From contig NC_091999.1 in NCBI RefSeq assembly GCF_044704955.1, positions 66,278,001 through 66,342,000 on the forward strand: a stretch of 64,000 nucleotides of DNA. The letters run 5' to 3'. The stretch is from Pristiophorus japonicus (lineage: Eukaryota). Under the pieces are notes generated by a model. That model saw only the letters and a program-made list of their open reading frames with translations, searched no databases and was not told the DNA's origin. Below, one piece after another: positions 63,101 through 64,000 of the stretch; position 1 is the stretch's first letter, and the number at the start of each line of letters is the position of its first letter. The translations under genes and the position numbers were made by a program.

Positions 63101-64000
63101 AGGAGGACACAAACAACCTTCCGGATATAAAAGGAGTCAGAGGATCTCGTAATGAGGACGAACTGAGGGAAATCCTTATTAGTCGGGAAATTGTATTGGG
63201 GAAATTATGGGATTGAAGGCCGATAAATCCCCAGGGCCTGATGGACTGCATCCCAGAGGATTTAAGGAGGTAGCCTTTCAAATAGCGGATGCATTGACAG
63301 TCATTTTCCAACATTTCATTAATTCTGGATCAGTTCCTATGGAGTGGAGTGTAGCCAATGTAAACCCACTTTTTAAAAAAGAAGGGAGAGAGAAAACAGG
63401 GAATTATAGACCGGTCAGCCTGACATTGGTAGTGGGTAAAATGATGGAATCAATTATTAAGGATATCATAGCAGTGCATTTGGAAAGAGGTGACATGATA
63501 GGTCCAAGTCAGCATGGATTTGTAAACGGGAAATCATGCTTGACAAATCTTCTGGAAATTTTTGAGGATGTTTCCAGTAGAGTGGACAAGGGAGCACCAG
63601 TTGATGTGGTATATTTGGACTTTCAGAAGGCTTTCGACAAGATCCCACACAAGAGATTAATGTGCAAAGTTAAAGCACATGGGATTGGGGGAAGTTTGGT
63701 AACATAGATTGAGAACTGGTTGTCAGACAGGAAGCAAAGAGTAGGAGTAAATGGGGACTTTTCAGAATGGCAGGTAGTGACGAGTGGGGTGCAGCAAGGG
63801 CCCCAGCTGTCTACACTGTACATGAATGATTTAGACGAGGTGATTAAATGTAGTATCTATAAATGTGCGGATGACACTAAGTTGGGTGGCAGTGTGAGCT
63901 GTGAGGAGAGTGCTATGAGGCTCCAGAGCGACTTGGATAGGTTAGGTGAGTGGGCAAATGCATTGGCAGATGATGTATAATGTGGTTAAATGTGAGGTTA
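60197..64000 (+). mobile_element. Near full-length CR1 LINE (5' UTR, ORF1 from 60293, ORF2 APE plus RT; runs off the window)
   Basis: MAGQLGHVLCSTCTMWE; esterase-like IVIGDSIVRG...CLPGARVKD...VHIGTND; APE-like GITLTWL, MG/DFN, SDH; RT PGPDG, NYRPVSL, YLDFQKAFDK, ADDTK; several frameshifts. Confidence 0.97.
61828..62320 (-). mobile_element. Antisense CR1 3' fragment nested in the host CR1 endonuclease domain
   Basis: Near-identical to the 3' end of 10160-11607; the host reads atgggtga|ctttaat (MGDFN) across the insert. Confidence 0.95.

Overview
Repeat-rich cartilaginous-fish (shark) genomic DNA; nothing here is prokaryotic and no intact protein-coding gene is visible. Main content: (1) a dead shark-type IgM heavy-chain cluster (+ strand, 48960-59881: leader, VH, JH, Cmu1-3; Cmu4/TM not seen in the window). 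It appears partly pre-joined in the germline as VD-[22-RSS]...[12-RSS]-DJ. (2) A decayed TCR alpha/delta-type V segment (1154-1680), about 47 kb upstream in the same orientation. (3) A GPR139-like GPCR pseudogene (- strand). (4) A 5.5-kb endogenous retrovirus-like element (- strand, 14185-19655) with two LTRs, a tRNA-Ser PBS, a PPT, gag- and env-like relics and no recognisable pol. (5) Three tandem, diverged copies of an unidentified multi-exon-like relic (about 19.7-43.1 kb, - strand) embedded in 27-bp and ~66-bp minisatellites. (6) Many CR1, RTE and other LINE fragments and Deu-type SINEs, including nested insertions and two minisatellites born from CR1 sequence. Most ORFs in the supplied track are LINE debris or translated repeats. 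Family assignments rest on motif recognition by eye; repeat boundaries are approximate.
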